A DNA stretch of 64,000 bases from Gammaproteobacteria bacterium (GTDB lineage Bacteria; Pseudomonadota; Gammaproteobacteria; Arenicellales; Poriferihabitantaceae), in contig JAJDTE010000143.1 of NCBI GenBank assembly GCA_022827325.1, positions 16,034 to 80,033 of the forward strand, written 5' to 3'. Shown here piece by piece: positions 1-9,353 of the stretch; within the stretch, counting starts at the first letter, position 1, and every line of letters starts with the position of its first letter. Below the pieces are notes generated by a model. That model did not search any database. It saw nothing but the letters and a program-made list of their open reading frames with translations, and was not told the origin of the DNA. The translations under genes and the position numbers were made by a program.

Positions 1-2
1 GC

Positions 3-2027
3 CACTACGTCGGGCAGGAAAAGCTGCGCCCGCAGACCGGCTGGCTGCCGCTGGCCTTCGCGCTTGACTGGGGCCGCCCGCCGCGGCAGATGAATTCCAC
101 CTCCTTCTTCTACGCCCATACCGACCAGTGGCGCTACGAGACGCTGACGATGGACGAGATCCTGTCGCCGACCGCGCCGGACGGTACGTGGGAAGGTACG
201 CCGATCGACTACAACATCCGCGCCGAGCGCATGGGCTGGCTGCCGTCCGCCCCGCAGCTCGAAACCAACCCGCTCGAGGTTGCGGCCGCGGCGGAGAAGT
301 CCGGCAGGGAGGCCAGGGACCATGTTGCCGAGGGGCTGAAGTCCGGCGAACTGAAACTTTCCTGCGAGGACCCCGACAAGGAGGAGAACTGGCCGCGCAA
401 CCTGTTCGTCTGGCGCTCGAACCTGCTCGGCTCTTCGGGCAAGGGCCACGAGTATTTCCTGAAGCACCTCCTCGGCACCAGCCATGGCGTGCTGCGCGAG
501 GATCTCGGCGAGGAGGGCCGCCAGCGCGCCAAGGAGGCCGTCTGGCACGACGCGGCGCCGGAAGGAAAGCTCGACCTGCTGGTCTGCCTCGACTTCCGCA
601 TGTCGACGACCTGCGTCTATTCCGACATCGTCCTGCCGACGGCCACATGGTACGAGAAGAACGATCTCAACACCTCCGACATGCACCCCTTCATCCACCC
701 GCTGACAAGCGCGGCGGACCCGGCCTGGGAGGCCAGGAGCGACTGGGACATCTTCAAGGGAATCGCGAAGAAGTTCTCGGAGGTCGCACCGGAAGTGCTC
801 GGCGTGGAAAAGGATGTCGTGATGGTGCCGATCCTGCACGACACCCCGGGCGAACTCGCCCAGCCGCTGGGCGTCAAGGACTGGAAGGCCGGCGAGACCG
901 ACCCGGTTCCGGGCAAGACCATGCCCACGGTCGCCGTGGTCGAGCGCGACTATCCCAACCTGTACAAGCGGTTCACCGCGCTCGGTCCGCTGATGGACAA
1001 GCTCGGCAACGGCGGCAAGGGCATTTCGTGGAATACCGCGCACGAGGTGGAACTGCTCGGCCACCTCAACGGAGTCGTCGCCGAGGAGGGTCCAACCAAG
1101 GGACGGCCGCGCATCGACAGCGACATCGACGCCACGGAAGTGATCCTCTCGCTGGCGCCGGAAACCAACGGCGAGGTCGCGGTCAAGGCGTGGGAAGCGC
1201 TGTCGAAGCACACCGGCCGGGACCATGCCCACCTGGCCCTGCCGAAGGAAGACGAGAAAATCCGCTTCCACGACATCGTCGCCCAGCCGCGCAAGATCAT
1301 CTCCTCGCCAACCTGGTCGGGGCTCGAGTCCGAGAAGGTCTGCTACAACGCGGGCTACACCAACGTCCACGAACTGATTCCCTGGCGGACGCTGACCGGC
1401 CGCCAGCAGCTGTACCAGGATCACCTGTGGATGCGGGCCTTCGGCGAGGCGTTCTGCGTCTACCGGCCGCCGATCGACACCAAGACGATCAACCCGGTCA
1501 TCGAGGCGAAGTCGAACGGGCGCCCGCAGGTGGTGCTGAACTTCATCACCCCGCACCAGAAATGGGGCATCCATTCCACCTACTCCGACAACCTGCTGAT
1601 GCTGACGCTGAACCGCGGCGGGCCGGTGGTGTGGATTTCCGAGGTCGACGCGGACCGGGCCGAACTCGTCGACAACGACTGGGTGGAGGTGTTCAACGCC
1701 AACGGCGCAATCGCCGCCCGCGTGGTCGTCTCCCAGCGCATGAAGGAAGGCACGATCTACATGTATCATGCGCAGGAGAAGATCGTGAACACGCCGGGGT
1801 CCCAGATTACCGGCCAGCGTGGCGGCATCCACAATTCCGTCACCCGGGCGATCACCAAGCCGACCCACATGATCGGCGGCTACGCCCAGCAATCCTACGG
1901 CTTCAACTATTACGGCACGGTGGGATCGAACCGCGACGAGTTCGTGGTGGTCCACAAGCTCGAGACCGTGGACTGGATGGAGGGTCCGTACCGTGAAACC
2001 ACCGTGCAGACGGAGGCAGCAAAATGA
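3..2027 (+). CDS. narG: Respiratory nitrate reductase alpha subunit (5'-truncated by window edge)
   Basis: Frame open from the window start (HYVGQEKLRPQ...). NarG motifs NLLGSSGKGHEYFLKH and TPHQKWGIHSTY, plus C-terminal YGFNYYGTVGSNRD. Stop overlaps the narH start (ATGA). Confidence 0.97.
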   Translation, partial: HYVGQEKLRPQTGWLPLAFALDWGRPPRQMNSTSFFYAHTDQWRYETLTMDEILSPTAPDGTWEGTPIDYNIRAERMGWLPSAPQLETNPLEVAAAAEKSGREARDHVAEGLKSGELKLSCEDPDKEENWPRNLFVWRSNLLGSSGKGHEYFLKHLLGTSHGVLREDLGEEGRQRAKEAVWHDAAPEGKLDLLVCLDFRMSTTCVYSDIVLPTATWYEKNDLNTSDMHPFIHPLTSAADPAWEARSDWDIFKGIAKKFSEVAPEVLGVEKDVVMVPILHDTPGELAQPLGVKDWKAGETDPVPGKTMPTVAVVERDYPNLYKRFTALGPLMDKLGNGGKGISWNTAHEVELLGHLNGVVAEEGPTKGRPRIDSDIDATEVILSLAPETNGEVAVKAWEALSKHTGRDHAHLALPKEDEKIRFHDIVAQPRKIISSPTWSGLESEKVCYNAGYTNVHELIPWRTLTGRQQLYQDHLWMRAFGEAFCVYRPPIDTKTINPVIEAKSNGRPQVVLNFITPHQKWGIHSTYSDNLLMLTLNRGGPVVWISEVDADRAELVDNDWVEVFNANGAIAARVVVSQRMKEGTIYMYHAQEKIVNTPGSQITGQRGGIHNSVTRAITKPTHMIGGYAQQSYGFNYYGTVGSNRDEFVVVHKLETVDWMEGPYRETTVQTEAAK

Positions 2028-3562
2028 AGATACGCGCACAAATAGGCATGGTGCTCAACCTGGACAAGTGCATCGGCTGTCACACCTGTTCGGTGACATG
2101 CAAGAATGTCTGGACCAACCGGGAGGGAGTGGAATACGCCTGGTTCAACAATGTCGAGACCAAGCCGGGCATCGGCTATCCCAAGGAGTGGGAGAACCAG
2201 AAGAAGTGGAACGGCGGCTGGGTGCGCAGGGCCAATGGCCGGATCGAGCCGAAGATGGGCTCGAAGTGGCGCATCCTCGCCAAGATCTTCGCGAACCCTG
2301 ACCTGCCGGAGATCGACGACTATTACGAGCCGTTCGATTTCGACTACGGCCATCTCCAGACGGCCCGCGAAAGCCAGGCCATGCCGACCGCGCGGCCGCG
2401 GTCACTGGTCAGCGGCGAGCGTATCGACAAGATCGAGTGGGGGCCGAACTGGGAGGAGATCCTCGGCGGCGAATTCTCCAAGCGCTCGGCGGACTACAAT
2501 TTCGAGGGCGTCGAGAAGGAGATCTACGGCGAATTCGAAAACACCTTCATGATGTACCTGCCGAGGCTGTGCGAGCACTGCCTCAATCCGACCTGCGTGG
2601 CGGCCTGCCCTTCCGGCGCGATCTACAAGCGCGAGGACGACGGCATCGTCCTGATCGACCAGGAAACCTGCCGCGGATGGCGCATGTGCGTGTCGGGCTG
2701 CCCCTACAAGAAGATCTACTACAACTGGTCGTCCGGCAAGTCCGAGAAATGCGTGTTCTGCTACCCCCGCATCGAGGCGGGCCATCCGACCGTCTGCTCG
2801 GAGACCTGCGTCGGGCGCATCCGCTATCTCGGCGTGATTCTCTACGACGCTGACCGCATCGCCGACGCGGCGTCCACCCCCGACGAGCAGGACCTGTACG
2901 AGGAACAGCTCAAGGTGTTCCTCGATCCGAACGACCCGGAAGTCATCTCCCGGGCCCGCGCGGACGGCGTGCCGGACGCCTGGCTGGAGGCGGCGATGAA
3001 ATCGCCGGTCTACAAGATGGCCATGGACTGGAAGGTGGCCTTCCCCCTGCATCCCGAGTACCGGACCCTGCCGATGGTGTGGTACGTGCCGCCGCTGTCC
3101 CCGCTGCAGTCCGCCGCCGAGGCGGGCAAGATCGGCTGGGAAGACGGCCTGCCGGACGTCCGTTCCATGCGCATCCCGGTCCGCTATCTGTCCAACCTCC
3201 TGACCGCGGGCAAGGACGAGCCGGTAATCGGCGCGCTCGAGCGCATGCTCGCCATGCGGGCCTACATGCGGTCCAAGACGATCGACGGCGTGCTCGACGA
3301 GGCGGTGGCCGAAAGGGTCGGACTGACCGGGGCCATGATCGAGGAGATGTACCGGACCATGGCGATCGCGAACTTCGAGGACCGATTCGTCATCCCCACC
3401 ACGCACCGCGAGATCACCGAGGATGCCTACGACGTGCGCGGCTCGTGCGGCTTCTCCTTCGGCAGCGGCTGCTCCGGCGGATCGACGGAAAAGGACCTCT
3501 TCGGCGCCAGGCGCACGCGCACCGTGCAGACGCCGACCGAACTGTTCAAGGAGCGGGTCTGA
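2024..3562 (+). CDS. narH: Respiratory nitrate reductase beta subunit
   Basis: MKIRAQIGMVLNLDKCIGCHTCSVTCK and further Fe-S Cys clusters (CEHCLNPTCVAACP, CRGWRMCVSGCP, CVFCYPR). Confidence 0.97.
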   Translation: MKIRAQIGMVLNLDKCIGCHTCSVTCKNVWTNREGVEYAWFNNVETKPGIGYPKEWENQKKWNGGWVRRANGRIEPKMGSKWRILAKIFANPDLPEIDDYYEPFDFDYGHLQTARESQAMPTARPRSLVSGERIDKIEWGPNWEEILGGEFSKRSADYNFEGVEKEIYGEFENTFMMYLPRLCEHCLNPTCVAACPSGAIYKREDDGIVLIDQETCRGWRMCVSGCPYKKIYYNWSSGKSEKCVFCYPRIEAGHPTVCSETCVGRIRYLGVILYDADRIADAASTPDEQDLYEEQLKVFLDPNDPEVISRARADGVPDAWLEAAMKSPVYKMAMDWKVAFPLHPEYRTLPMVWYVPPLSPLQSAAEAGKIGWEDGLPDVRSMRIPVRYLSNLLTAGKDEPVIGALERMLAMRAYMRSKTIDGVLDEAVAERVGLTGAMIEEMYRTMAIANFEDRFVIPTTHREITEDAYDVRGSCGFSFGSGCSGGSTEKDLFGARRTRTVQTPTELFKERV

Positions 3563-4290
3563 TGGAAACCGTGTTCAAGGTGGTCTCGCTCCTGCTTTCG
3601 TATCCGACGGAAGAACTCCTCGAGGCGATGCCCGAGATCCGGCAGGCGATCGACGACTCCCCCCTGGACAGAACCGGGAAGGCGGCTCTCGGGCGCCTCG
3701 CCGACGATATCGGCGGGCGCGACGCCTACGACGCCCAGGAGCGGTACGTGCTCCTGTTCGACCGCACCCGCTCGCTGTCCCTGCACCTGTTCGAGCATGT
3801 CCACGGGGAAAGCCGCGACCGCGGACAGGCCATGGTGGACCTGATGGCCATGTACGAGGAGGACGGCTTCGAGATCGGCTCGAAGGAGCTGCCGGACTAC
3901 CTGCCGATGTTCCTCGAATACCTGTCGATGAAGCCCCGGGCCGAGGCCGTCCGGCTGCTCGACGAGACCGCGCACATCCTCGCCGCCCTGCGCGAGCGCC
4001 TGAAGAAGCGGCAGTCCGTCTATGCCGACGCGTTCGTCGCCCTGGAATCGATGGCGCGGCAGAAGCCCGACGCCGGACTGCTGAAGGACCTGCTCCAGGC
4101 GCCGGACGATGACCCCACGGACCTCGATGCGCTTGACCGCATCTGGGAGGAGGAAGTGGTCACCTTCGGCGGCAACGCGGACGGGGACGACTGCGGGCTG
4201 GTGCGCCTGAAGAAGCAGATTCGCGCCGGCCGGCACCGGCCGGCCGACGCGGCAACGCCGCCCAACGCGGAGGGTACGAACCATGTCTGA
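3562..4290 (+). CDS. narJ: Nitrate reductase molybdenum cofactor assembly chaperone
   Basis: ATG at 3562 overlaps the narH stop (TGATG). LLLSYP, SLHLFEHVHGESRDRGQAMVDL and ELPDYLPMFLEY motifs. Confidence 0.95.
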   Translation: METVFKVVSLLLSYPTEELLEAMPEIRQAIDDSPLDRTGKAALGRLADDIGGRDAYDAQERYVLLFDRTRSLSLHLFEHVHGESRDRGQAMVDLMAMYEEDGFEIGSKELPDYLPMFLEYLSMKPRAEAVRLLDETAHILAALRERLKKRQSVYADAFVALESMARQKPDAGLLKDLLQAPDDDPTDLDALDRIWEEEVVTFGGNADGDDCGLVRLKKQIRAGRHRPADAATPPNAEGTNHV

Positions 4291-5002
4291 ATTCCTGAAC
4301 ACACTGCTATTCGGCATCTATCCCTATATCGCCCTCGTGGTGATGATCGTCGGCACCATCGTGCGATACGACCGTGATCCCTATACCTGGCGGTCCGGGT
4401 CGTCACAGCTGCTTCGCCGCAAGCAGCTGATCTGGGGATCGGTGCTGTTCCATGTCGGCGTCCTCATCGTCTTTTTCGGGCACCTGATCGGACTGCTCAC
4501 CCCCATCGCCTTTTTCGACATGCTGGGGATCAGCCACGGGGCGAAGCAGGTGCTGGCGATCGTCGTGGGCGGCATTGCCGGCGTCATGGCGATCGTGGGC
4601 GCGACGCTCCTGGTCCATCGCCGCCTGTTCGATGCGCGCGTACGCGCCGCCTCGAGCATGACCGATACCCTGATCATCATCCTGCTGTGGCTGCAGCTCC
4701 TGCTCGGCCTGCTGACGATCCCCGTTTCCATGCAGCATCTCGACGGGCAGGAGATGGTGAAGTTCATGAACTGGGCCCAGGGAATCTTCACGTTCGACAC
4801 CGCGGCTGCGGGCTACGTGGCCGGCTCAGCCGCCGTGTTCAAGCTGCACCTGTTTCTCGGGCTGACGATCATGGTCCTGTTTCCGTTCACGCGGCTGGTG
4901 CACATGCTGAGCGCGCCGGTGCAGTATCTGTGGCGGCCCGGCTACCAGGTGGTGCGCGAGCGCAACAAGCGCCCGGCCCCAACGCGGCTTCCCGCGGGCT
5001 GA
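4283..5002 (+). CDS. narI: Respiratory nitrate reductase gamma subunit (cytochrome b)
   Basis: FGIYPYIAL, RYDRDPYTWRSGSSQLL; heme-ligand histidines in FHVG...GH, KLHL and FPFTRLVH. Confidence 0.96.
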   Translation: MSEFLNTLLFGIYPYIALVVMIVGTIVRYDRDPYTWRSGSSQLLRRKQLIWGSVLFHVGVLIVFFGHLIGLLTPIAFFDMLGISHGAKQVLAIVVGGIAGVMAIVGATLLVHRRLFDARVRAASSMTDTLIIILLWLQLLLGLLTIPVSMQHLDGQEMVKFMNWAQGIFTFDTAAAGYVAGSAAVFKLHLFLGLTIMVLFPFTRLVHMLSAPVQYLWRPGYQVVRERNKRPAPTRLPAG

Positions 5003-5006
5003 GAAA

Positions 5007-5906
5007 TTGGTCTCGGTCCTGGTCAATCCCCCGTCCGGCCGGTCCCCGGGCAAACCGGCCGCGGGAAAGGATGCCGACACCGGGGCCACTGCCGGAGCCG
5101 TTGATCCGGCACTCGGTGAGGTCTCGGTCAACGGGATCGCGGTGCCCGAGCGTGAAATCATGGCGGAAGCGCAGAACCACCCCTCGGAAAATCCGGGCGG
5201 GGCCCTGCGGGCAGCCGCCGAGGCGCTGGTGATCCGCGAGCTTCTCTGGCAGGAAACCAGGCGCCTCGACATTCCGGCCGTGCCGGAGCGGGACGATGCC
5301 GGCCGGCTCGAAACCGAGCGCGACGCCGCCATCCGGGCCCTGATCGACCGGGAAGTGTCCGTGCCCTCGGCGACGCCGGAGGAATGCCGTCGTTACTATG
5401 AACGCCATCCCGGCAAGTTCCGCACCCCCACCCTCTTCGAGGCCCGTCACATCCTCATCGCCGTGCCGGCGTCGGATGAGGACGGCCGGCGCGCGGCGAA
5501 GATGCGCGCCCAGGCGCTTTGCGGGACCCTCGCCGAGCGGCCGGAGCTGTTCCCGGACCTGGCCCGCGACCATTCCGACTGCCCCTCGTGCGAGCAGGGC
5601 GGCAACCTGGGGCAGCTGTCCCCCGGAAGCACCGTCGCCGAATTCGAAGCCACCCTGGCGGACATGCGCGAGGGCGACATCACCCCGGCCCCGGTGGAAA
5701 GCCGGTTCGGCTTCCACGTGATCGCGCTGGACCGGAGGATCGAGGGACGCGACCTGCCCTTCGACATGGTGAGTGACCGGATCGCGGCATGGCTCGAGGC
5801 CTCCGCGTGGTCGAAAGCGGTTTCCCAGTACATCTCCATTCTCGCCGGGAAGGCGGAGATCCGCGGAATCTCCCTGGGCGGCGCGGAGGGACCGCTCGTC
5901 CAGTAG
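5007..5906 (+). CDS. PpiC/parvulin-type peptidyl-prolyl isomerase (NifM-like, nar-associated)
   Basis: ARHILI, SDCPS...GGNLG and ESRFGFHVI rotamase motifs; usual position after narI. Start codon uncertain (TTG). Confidence 0.88.
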   Translation: MVSVLVNPPSGRSPGKPAAGKDADTGATAGAVDPALGEVSVNGIAVPEREIMAEAQNHPSENPGGALRAAAEALVIRELLWQETRRLDIPAVPERDDAGRLETERDAAIRALIDREVSVPSATPEECRRYYERHPGKFRTPTLFEARHILIAVPASDEDGRRAAKMRAQALCGTLAERPELFPDLARDHSDCPSCEQGGNLGQLSPGSTVAEFEATLADMREGDITPAPVESRFGFHVIALDRRIEGRDLPFDMVSDRIAAWLEASAWSKAVSQYISILAGKAEIRGISLGGAEGPLVQ

Positions 5907-5937
5907 GAAGGCGTCAGGCCGCCAGACCCGAGGCGCC

Positions 5938-6357
5938 TTAAGCGGGATGCAGCAGGGAATCCGGCTCGCAGCTCTCGAACAGGGACGCGGTCTGCCCGTC
6001 CAGGGCAAGCTCGTTACAAAGTTCCTCCGCCCGGCTTCCTTCCCTGGGCTCCTCCCACGAAAAAATCCAGACCCGGAACCGCCTGAACCGGTCGGTCACC
6101 CTGAGCCCCGCCCCGTGAAGCGTTCGCAGCAGCGGGGCGATTTCCTCCTCGTCCGGGGGCCATTTCCCGAACGTGATAATCACCCCCATGGCCCTGTCCT
6201 CGTAGTGGGTATCGGGGCCGGTGAGAATCCCGCCGGCGGGAGCGGCGGCACAGGAAGCCACCGACAGCGCAAGGAGCAGGGCAGCAAGGCAGAACCGGCG
6301 GCCCGTCCCGGCCGCGGGTGTTCCCGGTTCCCCGGGAGTTGACCGGCCCCGGCTCAT
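5938..6357 (-). CDS. Hypothetical lipoprotein resembling a stand-alone subtilase propeptide domain
   Basis: Signal peptide RRFCLAALLLALSVASC with a lipobox-like VASC; ends ...CEPDSLLHPA, like S8 propeptide ends. Start uncertain (6357, 6399 or 6510). Confidence 0.55.
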   Translation of the reverse strand: MSRGRSTPGEPGTPAAGTGRRFCLAALLLALSVASCAAAPAGGILTGPDTHYEDRAMGVIITFGKWPPDEEEIAPLLRTLHGAGLRVTDRFRRFRVWIFSWEEPREGSRAEELCNELALDGQTASLFESCEPDSLLHPA

Positions 6358-6491
6358 CGGCCGGTTGCCGGGGTTTTCACGCGCTGGAACATCGTTCATC
6401 CCCTCATGCTGCCCCTGCGTTCCGCCGGATACATCCCGCCAACCGCTTGGCGGTACAATCGCCTCGGAACTGAAATCCGGATTATCCGAAC

Positions 6492-7289
6492 ATGCAGAAG
6501 AATTATCCACCCCGCAGGGACGCTGCCCGGTCGTGGTGCGCGGGCCTCGTGATGTCCGCCCTGCTGCTTCTCGCGCACGCGGGCACTGCCCGGGCCGGCG
6601 GCGAAGGTGCCGCCTTCCGGTGGGGAGAATCCTACGCGGGCGTGTTCGCGGGAAGCCGCCGGGCGGACCACCGGGTCATCGACGTGGAGGGTTTCGCGAA
6701 CTGGGGAAATCCCGGCTGGTCGGTGGAATACGACCGGTCCGGATTCGCCGGCGGCGTGCTGGCCGGCAGGAAGCTCCGGGGGGGCGGGCTGCCCCTCAGG
6801 ATCGAGGTCGACGGCATGTCCGGCGGCGGGACGGCCGCCTCGAACCAGCTCGATCCCGAGGGCCTTGATGAGACCGTGAGGTCCGAGTTCCGGTGGATCG
6901 CCACCGCGCGCATCGGCATCGAGCATCCCGCCGGGCCGGCGACGGTATTTGCCGGCGGCGGGCTCGCGCTTGCCGGGATCGACAGCTCGGTGACCGACAT
7001 CGACTTCGGACCCGACATGCCGACGCGGGCAGACCCGGATGACTCCTTCCGGGACAGCTCGGTGGAGGCCGGCTGGGTCTTCGGCATCGGCGTCGAAGCC
7101 CCGCTGGCCGGCAACTGGCTGCTGCGCCTGGAGGGTTCGTACCTGGATTTCGGCCGGAGCAGACATCAAGTGAACCACTCCGGCGACGGCCGCTGCGGAC
7201 CGGACGGGCCCCGCCGGCCATGCCCGTACGATATCGAGAACGACCTCGGCATCGTGCGCCTGGCAGTCATCCGCCGGTTCGGCTCCTGA
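6492..7289 (+). CDS. Outer membrane beta-barrel protein (Omp25/Omp31-like)
   Basis: Signal peptide (ARA|G), W-x-x-x-Y-x-G start, GWVFGIGVE...NWLLRLEGSYLDFG strand motifs, aromatic residue near the C-terminus. Confidence 0.8.
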   Translation: MQKNYPPRRDAARSWCAGLVMSALLLLAHAGTARAGGEGAAFRWGESYAGVFAGSRRADHRVIDVEGFANWGNPGWSVEYDRSGFAGGVLAGRKLRGGGLPLRIEVDGMSGGGTAASNQLDPEGLDETVRSEFRWIATARIGIEHPAGPATVFAGGGLALAGIDSSVTDIDFGPDMPTRADPDDSFRDSSVEAGWVFGIGVEAPLAGNWLLRLEGSYLDFGRSRHQVNHSGDGRCGPDGPRRPCPYDIENDLGIVRLAVIRRFGS

Positions 7290-7408
7290 CCGGCCCCTGC
7301 CCGCACCGGACCGCGTGACCGAGGCTGCCCTGCCGGCATTCCCAGTCCCGTGACCTGCCATCCAGCCCTTGTCCCGCCAATCAACCAGGCAATGGCCCTG
7401 CCGCTGAC

Positions 7409-8032
7409 ATGCTGACGATCAGCGAGGAAATCCTGCTGCTGATGCTCGACGATGAGACCGGCTGGCTGAGCGTGACGCTGCCGGGCCATCGCATCCGGGC
7501 CGCCATCAGCGGCGCCGTGCTGATGGACCTTGCCCTTGCCGACCGCATCGACACCGATCTCGAGCATCTCTTTCTCGTGAACCCGGAACCGGCCGGGGAA
7601 CCCGCGCTGGACCATGCGCTCAAGCGGATCAGGGAAGACGGGGAACGGCGCCCGGCCGACCACTGGGTGGACGTGTTCACGCGCGATCACGAGGCCGTGC
7701 GTGCGCGGATCGACGACCGCCTGGTGGAACGGGGGATCGTGTCGCGGGACCGTTTCGGCAGGCTGCTGGTGATGGGTGGCAGTCACCTTGTGGCCGCGGA
7801 CGGCACCCCGTATCGTGACGTCAGGCGACGCATCGCCGGGGAACTGATGAACGATGAAATCCCCGACCCGCGGGACATCATGATCATCAGCCTGCTGGAT
7901 ACGTGCATGCTCTGGCCCGTCCTCATCGACGAATCCCGGTTCGACCTGCTGGCCCCCAGGATCCAGCAGATTGCCCGGCTGGACCTGATCGGCCAGGCCG
8001 TAGGCCGCTTCGTCAGCATGTGGTGGGGCTGA
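7409..8032 (+). CDS. GOLPH3/VPS74 (GPP34) family protein
   Basis: MLTISEEILLLMLDDETG, GAVLMDLALADRID, LVERGIV and PDPRDIMIISL match the bacterial GPP34 pattern. Confidence 0.8.
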   Translation: MLTISEEILLLMLDDETGWLSVTLPGHRIRAAISGAVLMDLALADRIDTDLEHLFLVNPEPAGEPALDHALKRIREDGERRPADHWVDVFTRDHEAVRARIDDRLVERGIVSRDRFGRLLVMGGSHLVAADGTPYRDVRRRIAGELMNDEIPDPRDIMIISLLDTCMLWPVLIDESRFDLLAPRIQQIARLDLIGQAVGRFVSMWWG

Positions 8033-8265
8033 TCACAGGCGGTCCGGGCACTGCCAACAACGAATCCGCGGCGGCATTGGGGCCTGCCGTACGTTCACTC
8101 AATTGATGGCCGCAGGGTCGCCGGACCGCCCGGGACGGCCCTTCTGCCGGACCGCTTCAGGCCGTTTCGCTTTCTCCAGAATCCGCTCCGGCTGCTGCCG
8201 CCCGGAACGTTCGTTGCCGGACGGGCTTCACTGCCGCAGGGAAAGGATGCCGTTCCATGGCGATG

Positions 8266-8280
8266 ATCAATCTTATTGAT
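8266..8280. promoter_or_regulatory. Palindromic LysR-type box ATCAAT-N3-ATTGAT upstream of mcl
   Basis: Perfect dyad (ATC-N9-GAT, T-N11-A) in an AT-rich patch about 90 bp before the mcl start. Confidence 0.5.
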
Positions 8281-8371
8281 ACGTTGCATAAACATTCGGA
8301 ATTATCGTTTTTCCGTGTTTTCTGCGATATCCGCAGGTTTCCCACTGTTGCACACGAGGGAGAGGTCCCAG

Positions 8372-9340
8372 ATGAGTTTCTTCGAGATTCCCCCCCTGAC
8401 CGTCCGCCTGCAGCGCAGCGAACTTGCCGTTCCCGGTTCGAGTCCGGAGATGTTCGAGAAAGCCGCCAACAGCGACGCCGATTATGTTTTCCTGGACTGC
8501 GAAGATGCCGTGGCCCCGCCGGACAAGGAGAAGGCAAGAACCAACATCATCGGCGCCCTGAACGACATTGACTGGAAGGCGAAGGGCAAGACGGTTTCGG
8601 TTCGAATCAACGGTCTTGACACCCATTACATGTACCGTGATGTCGTCGATATCGTCGAGCAGGCCGGGGATCGGCTCGACACGATCCTGATTCCCAAGGT
8701 CGGGGTTCCGGAAGACATCTATGTCGTGGACTGCCTGGTATCCCAGATCGAACAGGCCCGGGGCGCATCACACCGGATCGGACTGGAATGCCTGATCGAG
8801 ACATCGCTCGGCATGGCCAACGTCGAAGCGATCGCACGGTCCGCGTGCCGGGCGGGGTCCCGGCTTGAGGCACTGCATTTCGGGGTGGCGGACTATGCGG
8901 CAAGCTGCCGTGCCAGAACCGTCGTCATCGGGGGGCTGAACCCGGATTATCCGGGAGACCAGTGGCATGCCAGCCTGCAGCGCATGCTGGTTGCGTGCAG
9001 GTCCTACGGCCTGAGGGCGATCGACGGGCCCTACGGGGATTACAACGACCCGGACGGATTCATCGCCGCGGCGAAACGCGTCGCCGCGATGGGTTACGAG
9101 GGAAAATGGGCGATCCATCCCTCGCAGATTGAGCTGGCAAACCGGGTCATGTCCCCACCCGAGGCCGAGGTCGAGCGGGCGCGGGGGATCCTGGAAGCCC
9201 TGGAAGAAGCGGAAAAGGCCGGCAAGGGCGCGGCATCCCTGGACGGAAAGCTGATTGACGCGGCATCCGCAAGGATGGCGCGGAACATCGTGGAGCAGGG
9301 CATGGCCATTGCCGCGCGCGCATCCGGGACATCCGGCTGA
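8372..9340 (+). CDS. mcl: Malyl-CoA lyase (CitE/HpcH family)
   Basis: [49 protein letters not shown] and [10 protein letters not shown]; adjacent to mtkAB. RBS GGGAGAGG precedes ATG 8372. Confidence 0.9.
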   Translation: MSFFEIPPLTVRLQRSELAVPGSSPEMFEKAANSDADYVFLDCEDAVAPPDKEKARTNIIGALNDIDWKAKGKTVSVRINGLDTHYMYRDVVDIVEQAGDRLDTILIPKVGVPEDIYVVDCLVSQIEQARGASHRIGLECLIETSLGMANVEAIARSACRAGSRLEALHFGVADYAASCRARTVVIGGLNPDYPGDQWHASLQRMLVACRSYGLRAIDGPYGDYNDPDGFIAAAKRVAAMGYEGKWAIHPSQIELANRVMSPPEAEVERARGILEALEEAEKAGKGAASLDGKLIDAASARMARNIVEQGMAIAARASGTSG

Positions 9341-9353
9341 GGAGGGAAGGAAA

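Noticed and set aside
3079-3561. N-terminal extensions in the ORF track (narJ, trpC, ilvE, livG, potC, pncA and others) suggesting fusions
   Set aside because: The extensions overlap upstream genes in another frame; true starts are at downstream ATG/GTG codons with stop-start overlaps or an RBS.
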